Source of the DNA: an uncultured delta proteobacterium
GTDB lineage: Bacteria; Desulfobacterota; Desulfobacteria; Desulfobacterales; QNYZ01
Length of the DNA stretch: 64,000 bases
Direction: 5' to 3'
Assembly (NCBI GenBank): GCA_963845145.1
Contig: CAWJQU010000001.1
Coordinates: forward strand, 352,088 to 416,087
The position numbers were made by a program, and so were the translations under genes. Every line of letters starts with the position of its first letter. Positions within the stretch are counted from its first letter, which is position 1. The notes below the pieces were generated by a model. That model was not told the DNA's origin. It searched no databases and worked only from the letters and a program-made list of their open reading frames with translations. Positions 1 to 10,318 of the stretch are shown here, in pieces.

Positions 1-14
1 AGTATTTAAATGGC

Positions 15-530
15 GTGCGGACCCATCACCGACGTCGCTGCAGAATTGTGCTGGATAGTAATGACAAGTCCATGGAATTTACTGAGAGAATTAAAGGCAT
101 TGAAGAACTTACAGCCACCATACATGAAAGAGTTACACGCGACTTGGTTAAAAAAATGGGTGCGACTTTTTCAAAGCAAGGGCATCTGAATTTTGGTAGA
201 ATTGAACTGACTAAACAAGGCATTACCCTAAAAAACCAGTTGCTACCGTGGGAAGACCTTGCTGGTATATATATGGATAGTGGATTTGTAGTGATAGCAA
301 AGGTAAGCCTTTCAAAAGGAGAAGCCAGATTAAAGAATGCTGGGAATCGAATGTCTGCAGTCGCTTCCAGAATAATCGGTACGGCACAACCCTTGTCTCC
401 GGGTGGAGAAACCGTCATCTGGAAAAAAACACCAATCAACAAAACACCAAACCCCTACACACTGACAATCATAGCGATTGAATTGTTACAACAAACGAAC
501 ATCCAAAGTACGGTTACCAAAGCCAATTAA
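15..530 (+). CDS. Hypothetical protein, DUF6585-like; probably 5'-truncated by the window edge
   Basis: Segment FGRIELTKQGITLKNQLLPWEDLAGIYMDSGFVVI resembles DUF6585/PH-like proteins; start uncertain. Confidence 0.45.
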   Translation: MRTHHRRRCRIVLDSNDKSMEFTERIKGIEELTATIHERVTRDLVKKMGATFSKQGHLNFGRIELTKQGITLKNQLLPWEDLAGIYMDSGFVVIAKVSLSKGEARLKNAGNRMSAVASRIIGTAQPLSPGGETVIWKKTPINKTPNPYTLTIIAIELLQQTNIQSTVTKAN

Positions 531-564
531 ATCATCAATAAATAGCCTACATGGAGAAGGAAAA

Positions 565-1203
565 ATGAAATTTTCAAAAAAAAAATGGTTGGTTCGTCTT
601 GGCTTGATAAGCCTTATTGGTTTATCGATTGCTTTCTTTAACGCGTGTGGCGGCAGTGATGACGATGATTATGATGATGGTTTTGATCCGCCTACCGCTG
701 ATCACTACGACCAGTTAAATTATACCACCTTGAAGAAAGTGTGCAGAGGTGTCGGCGTACCGGGAGCGGGTAATTACAACAGAAGTATACCCGGCCCACA
801 CCCGGTGATGCTTTCCTACACAAGTGCCTATTTTAACCCTCCCAGCGGCTCCGCTCCCACACGGGACTGGTGGGAGCGTCTTCCAAATCATTGGTATTAT
901 GACCATAAAGAATCAATTTCTAATATTGAACTCGTTGCCTGTGTTTCAGATGATTATGATATCATCGTTGGCGGACCCTGCGCATACAATATCGGCTCGG
1001 ATATATACTTTGCAAAACATGCCCGCGACATTGTATTGAGAAATGCACGCACCGCCCAGGTCGTCGCCAGAAAAACATTCGAGGGATCATCACCCGCTTT
1101 GAATTGCCCCCAAACAGCACCCATAAGTCAAACGAGAGAATATGGAGGGTACTATTCCTATGAACAAGTTCAAGGATGGCTCAATCCTTATGTTTATCCT
1201 TAA
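565..1203 (+). CDS. Putative Cys-rich lipoprotein
   Basis: ATG at 565 after GGAGAAGG; basic N-terminus, hydrophobic stretch, lipobox-like FNAC, then acidic GGSDDDD linker. Confidence 0.7.
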   Translation: MKFSKKKWLVRLGLISLIGLSIAFFNACGGSDDDDYDDGFDPPTADHYDQLNYTTLKKVCRGVGVPGAGNYNRSIPGPHPVMLSYTSAYFNPPSGSAPTRDWWERLPNHWYYDHKESISNIELVACVSDDYDIIVGGPCAYNIGSDIYFAKHARDIVLRNARTAQVVARKTFEGSSPALNCPQTAPISQTREYGGYYSYEQVQGWLNPYVYP

Positions 1204-1341
1204 ACGGTATGGAATGAGAGTGTAATGAATACCATTCCAGGCTGGCCTTCAAATGTCGGATCAACCATTGAAATGAAAATATTCAAAATCGGCAATAAAT
1301 GCCTATTTATTCAAACCCACATCATAAAAACGAGGTGATAG

Positions 1342-1899
1342 ATGAAAAAAACAATTTTGCTTATTACACTTTTGCTTCTTTTGACTGGCTGTGCAACGAC
1401 GAATATGACCAAACCGGACATGGCTCCCGCTCTGACTTTTCAACCAAATAAGGCTACGCTCGTTATCCTTCGTGAGACTAGTTTCGGGGGCGCCATTGCA
1501 TTTTGGAATTACCTTGATCGCAAACTCATTGGAGAAACCACTGGAAGATCATATTTTATTACCCAGGTGGAACCGGGGGAACATTATGTTGTCGTTTCCG
1601 TTGAAAACACAGCGGTAGCAAAATTCAATTTTAAAGCCGGTAAAACATATTTCCTCGGGGAAGGTGTTACTATGGGTGTTTGGCGGGCTAGAACGTCAGG
1701 TTTTTATCCTATGACCAAAGAAGCCGCTGAGAAAGCGATGCAAAAATGCACTTATCTGGAGTATCACCCCACAGTAGCCCAAGAAGATATGGAACAAAGC
1801 GCATACAAAGAAGCAATAGGCGCCTACCAAAAGGATGTTAATGAGAACCCCGATGCTTATAAGGATATATTGGCGTACGATGGTGTTTTGATGCAATGA
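1342..1899 (+). CDS. Lipoprotein, DUF2846-like
   Basis: GAGGTG RBS; lipobox LTGC; beta-rich YFITQVEPGEHYV..FKAGKTYF pattern. Confidence 0.7.
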   Translation: MKKTILLITLLLLLTGCATTNMTKPDMAPALTFQPNKATLVILRETSFGGAIAFWNYLDRKLIGETTGRSYFITQVEPGEHYVVVSVENTAVAKFNFKAGKTYFLGEGVTMGVWRARTSGFYPMTKEAAEKAMQKCTYLEYHPTVAQEDMEQSAYKEAIGAYQKDVNENPDAYKDILAYDGVLMQ

Positions 1900-1987
1900 A
1901 ATAATCATTTTTTAAAGCATTTTTCAACCATCATTCTCTCCTTAGTGCGAGGTATATCCTTAGTATAGGGGATAGAAAGGAACCACA

Positions 1988-2539
1988 ATGAAACGAATAT
2001 TTGGCCTAAATAAAATATTACTTCTTCCGCTTATAGCTGGTATCATTACCGGTTGTTCCGCACTCCCATCGATAAAAACCTATTCTGGGGCAGAGCCCTC
2101 TATAAATGATATTGCCAGAATAAAGGTTTTGGCTATGCCATGGGGTAATGTTCCTCCCTCGGAAGTTTATTTAAATAACAAGAAAATTTCATCTAACTCT
2201 ACGCCATATAATTACTTGATTAAACTGATGCCTGGGAAACACCATATTAAGTGGACAATGAATTTAAACAACAAAACAACCCATACAAAAGATGGATTCT
2301 TCAATGCTGAAGCGGCAAACTACTACCAAATATTCACGTTGCCTATCCTGCGCTTTGATAAACAAGTTAATAAACATGGATATACTTACAAGCAGTACGA
2401 TGTTAAAGGTTTTTATAGCTATCTTTATGATTTTACAAACTGTAAAACATTATTTGGTGAAAAACCGAAAAAAAACACCCTATTTATGGGCTACTCTGTT
2501 ATTACAGAGTGCATTAAGGAAGATGAGTCCAAATGGTAG
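1988..2539 (+). CDS. Putative lipoprotein
   Basis: AAAGGA RBS; lipobox ITGC; KTYSG and LMPGKHHI motifs; AT-rich. Confidence 0.65.
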   Translation: MKRIFGLNKILLLPLIAGIITGCSALPSIKTYSGAEPSINDIARIKVLAMPWGNVPPSEVYLNNKKISSNSTPYNYLIKLMPGKHHIKWTMNLNNKTTHTKDGFFNAEAANYYQIFTLPILRFDKQVNKHGYTYKQYDVKGFYSYLYDFTNCKTLFGEKPKKNTLFMGYSVITECIKEDESKW

Positions 2540-2614
2540 TCTGTTAATAGCTAATAACCGTAGGACTGATGTCATTAGTGATTTGTAAAAGTGGTTTAGG
2601 GAAAGAAAATGTAT

Positions 2615-2653
2615 TTTGAAAACCCGATACGAATTCTGTACCGGGTTTTCAAA
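2615..2653. terminator. Bidirectional intrinsic terminator candidate
   Basis: TTTGAAAACCCG...CGGGTTTTCAAA inverted repeat between convergent genes. Confidence 0.6.
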
Positions 2654-2681
2654 TAGAGGAAAAGTTGAAGTCAAACAAAAA

Positions 2682-3365
2682 CTATGCAATATCTTGAGTA
2701 GTACTCTCACCTTTCAATAGTGATAGTCCTCTAGTCAGCTCCATTAAAACCCCCATACCCTTTTTAACCTCGCTATCGCCCAATGCACCCAAAAGGCCGA
2801 ATAGACCGACATCTTTCGCCTGAGATGGATCTACCTGCCCCGGAATTTCAGCCGCCTTTGATAGAAAGGCCACAGCCTGTGGTTCCGTTACCTTTTTCAG
2901 AGCCCCCGCCAACGTCACCATACCGCTACCGATCTGTTCCAAGTCTTCGGTTGAAAAAGAGGCGCTGATATTTTTCACAATGTCAAGGGATGCACTCAAA
3001 AGGCGAAATACGCCTTTTTGTTCGAGCTCACCCAGGTAAAAAATTATCTGGGGAACCGTGGTTTTAAGCATCGGCTCGGCCGTTTGAACAAAATCGATAA
3101 TGTTCTTGAGCTGATCCAGGGTATAGTTTAAATTATTGACGTTGCGTAGCATTTTTTTGACCAGATAGGTCAAGTCTTCCAGTTGAAAGTCCGCCTCGAT
3201 ATCCGCCAGTCCCACGATTAAGGCTTGCACTGCTTCGTTGACCCGTGGCGTCAGTTCTTCTTTTAATTCGCGCATGGACCGTGCTGATTCAGCCACCGGC
3301 GCCACCTGGGCCTCCAAACGGTCCAACCGTTCAAGTATTAATTCTTCCTGAGTCATTTTTACCAC
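2682..3365 (-). CDS. DUF1641 domain protein
   Basis: C-terminal VGLFGLLGALGDSEVKKGMGVLMELTRGL motif; directly downstream of the SQR-like gene, a usual pairing. Confidence 0.8.
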   Translation of the reverse strand: MVKMTQEELILERLDRLEAQVAPVAESARSMRELKEELTPRVNEAVQALIVGLADIEADFQLEDLTYLVKKMLRNVNNLNYTLDQLKNIIDFVQTAEPMLKTTVPQIIFYLGELEQKGVFRLLSASLDIVKNISASFSTEDLEQIGSGMVTLAGALKKVTEPQAVAFLSKAAEIPGQVDPSQAKDVGLFGLLGALGDSEVKKGMGVLMELTRGLSLLKGESTTQDIA

Positions 3366-3372
3366 CTCCCGT

Positions 3373-4608
3373 CTAGGCGACCTTGCGAATTTTCCCGGCC
3401 AGGTTCATCTGGGGTTCCAAGGGCAGATCAAGCCCCTTCATCATCAGGTTCCAGTACACCCACCGGAACATCATTTTTCCCCAGTAATTGTTTAAGCTAT
3501 CCTGCAGCAGGCTAAACGGCCCCATGCCGGGAAAAGGGAACTTACCGGGTAATGGCTCGACATCGTAGTTGAAATCGAGAAGTATCGCTTTTTCGAAACC
3601 GGAAGCCAGAAAACAGGTGGCATGGCCGTCAAATTGTTTCGTGGCCTTGTGCCCATCGATTTCCCGCAACAGGTTCTCCACGAGCGTGTAAGCCTCGTAA
3701 TGTGCGACAGAACCTGCTTTTGAGGTCGGCACGTTGGTCGTATCACCGATCACAAATATACGATCAAAATTTTCCGCTTTTAAGGTGCCATTGTCTGTGG
3801 CCACAAATCCGACCGGATCACTGATCTCTGAGTCAATTAACACCTGGTCTCCCATATTGGGGGGTATCGCGACAAGCAGGTCGTAACCGACCTTGTCACC
3901 TTTATGGGATTCAATGGTTTTTTCATTTACGTTGACTTGGGCCAGATCAAAATAAGGCGTGACCTTAATATTTTTTTTCACGGCGAATTCTGCCAATATC
4001 TTGGCCGCCACGGGCTTGGTAAACACATTGTCCAGCGGCGTAACCAACTCAATATCAACTTTATCGCGAACACCATTGACGGTGAAAAACCAATCAGCCA
4101 TGAAGACGAATTCCAACGGTGCAATGGGACATTTATAGGGAATCTCGGCGATATTGAGTACAATTTTCCCGGAATCAAAATATTTGAGTTGTTTATGAAG
4201 GGCGAGCGCTCCGCCTAACGTATAGTAATCAAAAATATCTTTGCGCCAACCATCCATCATACCATCAATTTCCTCCGGCGCGATATCGCATCCAGTGGCA
4301 ATAATCAGCCAATCGTATTCATAACGACCACCTTTTTCCGTTTCCACTTGTCGTGTCTCGGCATCGATTCGGGTAATATTATCGTGCACGAAATCAACAC
4401 CTTTGGGGATAAACTCTTTCTTCGGTTTTAGTACATCCTGTTCGCCATATACGCCGAAAGGAATAAACAAATAACCGGCCTGATAGTGATGCTGCTCTTT
4501 TCGATCAATAATGGTCATTTCCCATTCCGATTCGGGCAGTTCCTTACGAAGCATATTGGCCACAATCGTACCGCCGGCGCCGGATCCAAGGATAAGAATT
4601 TTTCTCAT
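3373..4608 (-). CDS. sqr: Sulfide:quinone oxidoreductase-like FAD-dependent oxidoreductase
   Basis: GSGAGG FAD motif, YKCPIAPLE and DGHATCF cysteines, IGDTTNVPTSKAG, C-terminal amphipathic helix. Confidence 0.8.
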   Translation of the reverse strand: MRKILILGSGAGGTIVANMLRKELPESEWEMTIIDRKEQHHYQAGYLFIPFGVYGEQDVLKPKKEFIPKGVDFVHDNITRIDAETRQVETEKGGRYEYDWLIIATGCDIAPEEIDGMMDGWRKDIFDYYTLGGALALHKQLKYFDSGKIVLNIAEIPYKCPIAPLEFVFMADWFFTVNGVRDKVDIELVTPLDNVFTKPVAAKILAEFAVKKNIKVTPYFDLAQVNVNEKTIESHKGDKVGYDLLVAIPPNMGDQVLIDSEISDPVGFVATDNGTLKAENFDRIFVIGDTTNVPTSKAGSVAHYEAYTLVENLLREIDGHKATKQFDGHATCFLASGFEKAILLDFNYDVEPLPGKFPFPGMGPFSLLQDSLNNYWGKMMFRWVYWNLMMKGLDLPLEPQMNLAGKIRKVA

Positions 4609-4785
4609 GATCGCCTCCTTCTTTCGTGTTGGTGTTGGTGGGGTCGTCCGCTTTGGCCATTCATAGGGCCTTGCGAGGAATGTATTAGGATAAGACCGAG
4701 ATCATATTCGCGCCGCAAGCGATGCATCTCAGTACCGCGCTTGATACAGCCACAGCCGGGATTATCTCGGTGAAAAATGCGCCGG

Positions 4786-5925
4786 CTATTTTCTTAAGCG
4801 AGCAATGATATCCGGAAGCAACGTGAGCACGTGATGAATATCATCCTCGCGGTTCAATCGACCCAGGGAGAAACGAATGCTTCCGCCTGCCGTTTCCGAT
4901 GAAAGGCCCATGGCGGTAAGAACATGCGATACACCCGTCGATCCAGAGGAGCAGGCCGCACCGGTGGAAACGGCAACGCCCTTACTGTCCAGGATATATA
5001 AAAGGGCTTCACCGTCCACCGCATGGAAACTGATATTGGTGAGGTTGGGTAATCTTTCTTGTTTGTGCCCGTTGATCTGAACCCGATCTATGTTTTCGCA
5101 AATACCGTCTTCCAGTATTGATCGAAGGCGATGCATCTCTGCAAAAAAATCGTTTCGTTCTCCTCCGGCCAGTTCCATGGCTTTTGTCAACCCGATTATA
5201 GATGCCACATTTTCCGTACCCGGCCGATAACCACGTTCGTGGTGACCCCCGAAAAAGAGAGGGGTAAATTTCGTACGATGATTTACGTATAAAAGCCCGA
5301 TACCTTTGGGTCCATGGATTTTATGGCCTGCAACGGTAAGAAGGTCTACATTTAGATCTTCCACCTTTACCGATATTTTGCCTATGGCCTGAACCGCGTC
5401 GGTATGCAGGGGAATGCCTCTTGCTTTGGTTATCTCTCCAATCGTTTGAATTGGTTGAAGTGTTCCCACCTCATTGTTGGCCAACATGATCGAAACCAGG
5501 ATGGTGCTCGGCCTTATCGCAGCCTCAACGACCTGTGGATCAATGCGGCCATCCGAATCGACGGGAAGGTAATCGACGTCATAGCCTTGCTGCTCTAAAT
5601 GGCGACAACTGTTCAGGACGGCTGGGTGCTCAATGGCAGAAGTAATAATATGTCGACCCGAATCGCCTTGAGAACGCGCCACGCCCAATATCGCCAGATT
5701 GTCCGATTCGGTCCCGCCCGATGTAAAATAGATCTCATCAAAGCGCGCACCCAGAATACCGGCCACCCTTTTCCGCGCATTCTCCAAATCTTTCCGCGCC
5801 TTTTGCCCAACACCGTGAATACTTGAAGCGTTGCCGAAAAACTCGGAAAAATAGGGTTGCATCGCTTCAAAGACTTCGGAACGAACAGGTGTCGTGGCGC
5901 TATGGTCAAGATAAATGTTTCTCAT
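4786..5925 (-). CDS. Cysteine desulfurase, IscS/NifS family
   Basis: YLDHSATT, FTSGGTESDN, HTDAVQ, GHKIHGPKG (PLP Lys), STGAACSSG (catalytic Cys). Confidence 0.93.
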   Translation of the reverse strand: MRNIYLDHSATTPVRSEVFEAMQPYFSEFFGNASSIHGVGQKARKDLENARKRVAGILGARFDEIYFTSGGTESDNLAILGVARSQGDSGRHIITSAIEHPAVLNSCRHLEQQGYDVDYLPVDSDGRIDPQVVEAAIRPSTILVSIMLANNEVGTLQPIQTIGEITKARGIPLHTDAVQAIGKISVKVEDLNVDLLTVAGHKIHGPKGIGLLYVNHRTKFTPLFFGGHHERGYRPGTENVASIIGLTKAMELAGGERNDFFAEMHRLRSILEDGICENIDRVQINGHKQERLPNLTNISFHAVDGEALLYILDSKGVAVSTGAACSSGSTGVSHVLTAMGLSSETAGGSIRFSLGRLNREDDIHHVLTLLPDIIARLRK

Positions 5926-5934
5926 TGCGATGGG

Positions 5935-6513
5935 CTATTTTTTAATAAGCTTTAAGGCCGGGTCCGACGAAACGATATAATAGATATTGCCGGAGGACAT
6001 ATCCCCTTTGGCATCCATAATCGGCACACTACTGTTTAGTTTGACCGTGGCCAGAATCATCGGTGGATCTCGCTTTTTCTTCGCGGCTTTAAAGGCTTCG
6101 GAAGAGATGGTGCCTTCTTGGTTCCAGGCCCAATAAATAACCTTATCGTGGCTGAAAACCGTCGGTTTACCATAATCAAGGAACAAGTTCCCCACAAAGT
6201 CCTGAATCTGTTTGCGAGTGGCCCCGACATGATCCTCGTATAAAATGATGACCCGATCGGTTTCTTTTAGAGCCACAATATAGAGACGACCGTCCTTAAA
6301 TTTAAAAAGGTTTGGGTTGTCAATATTTTCGGAATGTTGCCGGGCGGTCAGTCTTTGCTCATCCGTCAGGGGTTTTCCCAAAACATAACCCCCGCGGCTT
6401 ATATTTAGGGCCGCCACCTGATCCAGCAGCAAGCTTAGTTCATTGGCCGACGCACCCGTGGCCGCCAAAACGAACAACCACAATGTGGTAGCTGTTATAA
6501 ATATCCATCTCAT
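5935..6513 (-). CDS. Exported hypothetical protein
   Basis: Signal peptide from ATG 6513 (MRWIF...ATGASA); tightly packed in the operon. Confidence 0.65.
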   Translation of the reverse strand: MRWIFITATTLWLFVLAATGASANELSLLLDQVAALNISRGGYVLGKPLTDEQRLTARQHSENIDNPNLFKFKDGRLYIVALKETDRVIILYEDHVGATRKQIQDFVGNLFLDYGKPTVFSHDKVIYWAWNQEGTISSEAFKAAKKKRDPPMILATVKLNSSVPIMDAKGDMSSGNIYYIVSSDPALKLIKK

Positions 6514-6592
6514 ATTTATTCTCAAAAAACAAGGCCGCCCCAATCCGTATTTGAATCGCGGACAGGGGCGGGAAAAAATGAGCCGGTAAAAA

Positions 6593-8191
6593 TTATTGTT
6601 GTTTACCGCCGTAGCGCATTCGCTGTTCTTCTTCGATGAGTTTCATTGTCTCCGCGCTTCCACCGGTACGTTTCCAGATATGCTCCGGTTTCGCCATCAG
6701 GTCGGCAATGAATTTCTTATACTTCTCTCCCTTGCCGGCATGATCTGCCAGTTCCTGAACTTCCGGCAAAAATTCTTGGTAGAAGTTACGGGAAATTTCG
6801 TACATGCCATGCCAATGGACGTAATCCGGTGCAAACATCGCCGCCGCCATACGGGCGCGTCGGCCTTCGTGGTGCCAAAGTTCAAACCAGGTGTATCCCA
6901 GTTTGTTCTGAAATCCCGAATTTTTCCAGATTCCGTCTTTTTTCAACATTTTAACAATTTGCAGTCCCGGTTTGGCGAACTTGTCATTGTATAGATTAAC
7001 CAGATCATCCAGTTGACCGTAAAAATTCTGGATATGGTTGACGCCATGGCAGGACTTACACACCTCCTGCATATTTGACCGTCGTTCCTTCCAGGAGACT
7101 ACGGACGCGATGGTTTTTTCGGCGATCACTTTTTTGAGTTTGTCACCTTCCCGGACATAACTCTTGGCCTTGGCCGTCTGTCCCGGCCGAGGTGCAATAT
7201 CGCCGGTGATATCCGACACCGTGCCATCGTTGAAGGTTACCCGGTTCAATTTACTGGAAACCACGGCGCGCAGGTTCCAGGAAATCCGGTCGCCCGGGTT
7301 GTGGGTGTTCTTCGCCACAGCGCCGTTGAGTTTGATAAACGACCCCATATGGCAAGTGGAACAGGTCGGGGCATAATGGTAATCGTCCCCCAGGACCCAT
7401 TTACCATCCTTCATGATGTTCATGCCGCCTTTTCCCTCACCCCGCATGGCCGAAGCAAAAGAGATACCGTGCTTGGACTCTTCATAGATCTCTTTCTGGG
7501 GGTGATCCGGGCCCAGATGGCATTTACCGCAATTATCCGGCTGTCGGGCCGTGCTGGCCCGGAACGAATGCCGCGTATGACAGGCATTACAGGTTCCTTT
7601 TGATCCATCCGGATTAATCCGTCCGATACCACTGTTGGGATAGGTATTATAATCCATCTGTGGTGCATCGGTTTTCGAGCGAAGCGTTTTCCCGTCTTTG
7701 TCACGCTTTAACGTCACGACGGAGCCATGGCACTGCCAGCAGCCACTGGTCATGTTGCCCTTATTATCTGGCATGCCGCCGATCACTTCAGCCAGCATAT
7801 TATCCAATGAGGCCATGATCTCACCGGCGGTTGCATGATGAGAAAGAGCCATTTCCTTGGCTTCGGGTTCATGGCATTTGGCACAATCATTGGGGCTTAA
7901 AATCGCTTTGATGAATGCCCCTTCGTGCATATAACCCACTTCGTCACCCTGCTCGGCCGCATGGCAATTATAACAGCCAACCTGTCCTTCTTTGGCGGCG
8001 GCATGGGCTGAATTTTCCCACTGGAGCACAATGGATTTATTTTCTTTCAAATGGCAGGTAATGCATTTCTTGTTCATTTCCTGGTTCTTGGGGTTTTTCA
8101 CGTCAAAGGATTCCTGCGTCAGGCCAAATGCCGTCCCCGCCGTGAAAACCACCAAGACAAGCATGATCAGTGTTGATCTGATGGTAATCAT
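6593..8191 (-). CDS. Octaheme cytochrome c, hydroxylamine oxidoreductase family (reductive epsilon-Hao-like)
   Basis: Signal peptide; eight CxxCH (CITCH, CYNCH, CAKCH, CWQCH, CNACH, CGKCH, CSTCH, CKSCH); CHLGPDHPQKEIYEESKHG and APDYVHWHG motifs. Confidence 0.88.
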   Translation of the reverse strand: MITIRSTLIMLVLVVFTAGTAFGLTQESFDVKNPKNQEMNKKCITCHLKENKSIVLQWENSAHAAAKEGQVGCYNCHAAEQGDEVGYMHEGAFIKAILSPNDCAKCHEPEAKEMALSHHATAGEIMASLDNMLAEVIGGMPDNKGNMTSGCWQCHGSVVTLKRDKDGKTLRSKTDAPQMDYNTYPNSGIGRINPDGSKGTCNACHTRHSFRASTARQPDNCGKCHLGPDHPQKEIYEESKHGISFASAMRGEGKGGMNIMKDGKWVLGDDYHYAPTCSTCHMGSFIKLNGAVAKNTHNPGDRISWNLRAVVSSKLNRVTFNDGTVSDITGDIAPRPGQTAKAKSYVREGDKLKKVIAEKTIASVVSWKERRSNMQEVCKSCHGVNHIQNFYGQLDDLVNLYNDKFAKPGLQIVKMLKKDGIWKNSGFQNKLGYTWFELWHHEGRRARMAAAMFAPDYVHWHGMYEISRNFYQEFLPEVQELADHAGKGEKYKKFIADLMAKPEHIWKRTGGSAETMKLIEEEQRMRYGGKQQ

Positions 8192-8330
8192 CTAATTATC
8201 ACCCTCCTTCCTATACAAGACCGTTGGTAGGCAACATATTGCGCCTTAAGATTTTGACCTCGCTGTTCTTTCCCTTGCCGTCGCTACCCCATCACCTCCT
8301 TTAGTACGCGCTTTGTCAATCATCTTACAT

Positions 8331-9518
8331 CTACGATGCTTCACTTTTACCTTTAACCCACAAAGGGAAGATCTTGCTCAATACGAACAAGAAGATAAAT
8401 GGTACAATCATAATTAGAACCACGGCAATAATGCCTTCTTTGTCGAACCACTCGGGATGAAATTCGGTATACCCTCGGGCGCTTTTAGACATCAACTGCC
8501 CACCTATAATCACATTCCATCGCATAAAAAGGACTTGTAGCAAAAGCACAAAGGAAACCACAGCCGCCCCCATGACATAGGTTGATTCTTTCACCTTAAA
8601 AAAGACCAGCCAGCCCAGAACCAACAATGGGCCGAGGGAGCAAACGCCCACCTGCATGATCCAGAAAGAGAAAAATAGCGGTCCGTTTAACAGCCCTTCC
8701 ACCATATGGTGGTAACCGGTTCGCAGATAGGAATGTGAAAAAACTTCTAGCATCTCAAAAGAAAACGCCAGAATAAAAAAGCCGAACAGCGTGTTGATCA
8801 GGGTCTTAACGCACGCCGCATCAACGACCTTCTCACGAAAACGTTTGATAACGATGTAGGCGAGGATAATACCGGAAATTCCCGAAACGCAGGCTGAGAA
8901 AAGAAAGATCACCGGCATCAACGGTGTGGACCATGAGGGGTTGGCCTTCACGCCGCCGAATAAAAACCCCACATAGCCATGGAATATCGTCGCCACCGGA
9001 ATCCCCAGAGCAGCAAGGAATCGAATCACCTTTTGGTCCAGGGCCAAAGCGTCAGTAGACAGGTTTTCGCTGCCGAATGTCAGCAACTGATAGAATAGGC
9101 GCTTAATCCCTTTGGATTGTTGCTGTTGTCTAACTAAATAGGGTCGATAGAGAAACAGGATTAATAATAGTAAAACTGAAATCGTCACCATAAAGAGATA
9201 GCCCCCGCCGGCCATGGCCGATGACGGGCTGGGGGTGACCATCATATTGATATTTCGCTCGGGGCGGCCCAAGTGTGCCATCACCGGCAGTCCCACGCAC
9301 ATAAGAAAAGAGAGAGCAAATATCAGGGAAAATCGGGCGATGGGTTTTAAGCTTTTAACGCCGAAAACGTAATACAAGGCGGCCACAATGAAGGCGCCAT
9401 CCACCAACCCGCTCAAGTACGGGTACAAAACGATCATCATACTCCAGTGGACATGCAGATCATTGGGAAACACGTAGTTAGAAATGAGATAAGAAGCGCC
9501 TCCGTGAACAGGGTTCAT
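8331..9518 (-). CDS. NrfD/PsrC-family membrane anchor (quinol-interacting)
   Basis: HWSMMIVLYPYLSGL, HLGRPER, HGYVGFLFG, WSTPLMP, RWNVIIGGQ motifs; many TM helices. Confidence 0.88.
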   Translation of the reverse strand: MNPVHGGASYLISNYVFPNDLHVHWSMMIVLYPYLSGLVDGAFIVAALYYVFGVKSLKPIARFSLIFALSFLMCVGLPVMAHLGRPERNINMMVTPSPSSAMAGGGYLFMVTISVLLLLILFLYRPYLVRQQQQSKGIKRLFYQLLTFGSENLSTDALALDQKVIRFLAALGIPVATIFHGYVGFLFGGVKANPSWSTPLMPVIFLFSACVSGISGIILAYIVIKRFREKVVDAACVKTLINTLFGFFILAFSFEMLEVFSHSYLRTGYHHMVEGLLNGPLFFSFWIMQVGVCSLGPLLVLGWLVFFKVKESTYVMGAAVVSFVLLLQVLFMRWNVIIGGQLMSKSARGYTEFHPEWFDKEGIIAVVLIMIVPFIFLFVLSKIFPLWVKGKSEAS

Positions 9519-10318
9519 CAGACCACCTCCCTTCTCAGTCCCTTGTAGTACAGGGCGGGAAAGTTACCCATCTCTTTTTTTAACACGGTGAGGACACCGG
9601 GCCCTTTCAAAATTTGAGTCACCTCGGATTCCGGATCGTTAAGATCGCCGAATTTCCGGGAACCCGTAGGGCAGACATCGACACAGGCCGGTAACAACCC
9701 TTTGCGAACCCGATGATAGCACCAGGTGCATTTCTCGGCGGTACGCGTGTCGGGATGAAGAAAACGGACAGAATAGGGGCAGGCTTGAATACAATAGGCG
9801 CATCCCACGCAACGCCCGGAATCGACCAGCACGAACCCGTCCGGCGATCGATAGGTAGCCCCAACGGGACAAACCTGAACACACGATGGTTCCTGGCACA
9901 TGTTGCACAGCTTGGGAACGAAGAAGGTATCGCGGATTTTTTTCTTTATGTCGTTACGAGGTTCCTGGTATCCCTCCAAACCGCCTTTGGGGGAATCGAC
10001 GTAAACATTATCATCGAAATCTTTCAGATATCTCTCAACCCACGTCCGGTAGTGTCCGTCGGGCACATTAAATTCACGTTTATCGGCCACACAACAGGAG
10101 CCGCAACCGATGCAGCGGGTGATATCCACGATAAAGGCGAACTTCTTTTCGGTCAATTTCCAGGGGCTGTTGCGAATATTTTTGATCTGGTCAGGGATCT
10201 CGAGGTTTTCGGCCCCGGCAGGAATAACCAACAGCAAAGAGCCGCCAATGGTCCCCTTAAGAACGTTTTTTATAAATTGCCGACGATCCTTAATAGGCCT
10301 CTTTTCGAAATGGTCCAT
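9518..10318 (-). CDS. NrfC/DmsB-like 4x[4Fe-4S] protein with Tat signal
   Basis: RRQFIK twin-arginine motif; CIGCGSC, CNMC..CVQVCP, CVGCAYCIQACP, KCTWC..CVDVCP. Confidence 0.9.
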   Translation of the reverse strand: MDHFEKRPIKDRRQFIKNVLKGTIGGSLLLVIPAGAENLEIPDQIKNIRNSPWKLTEKKFAFIVDITRCIGCGSCCVADKREFNVPDGHYRTWVERYLKDFDDNVYVDSPKGGLEGYQEPRNDIKKKIRDTFFVPKLCNMCQEPSCVQVCPVGATYRSPDGFVLVDSGRCVGCAYCIQACPYSVRFLHPDTRTAEKCTWCYHRVRKGLLPACVDVCPTGSRKFGDLNDPESEVTQILKGPGVLTVLKKEMGNFPALYYKGLRREVV

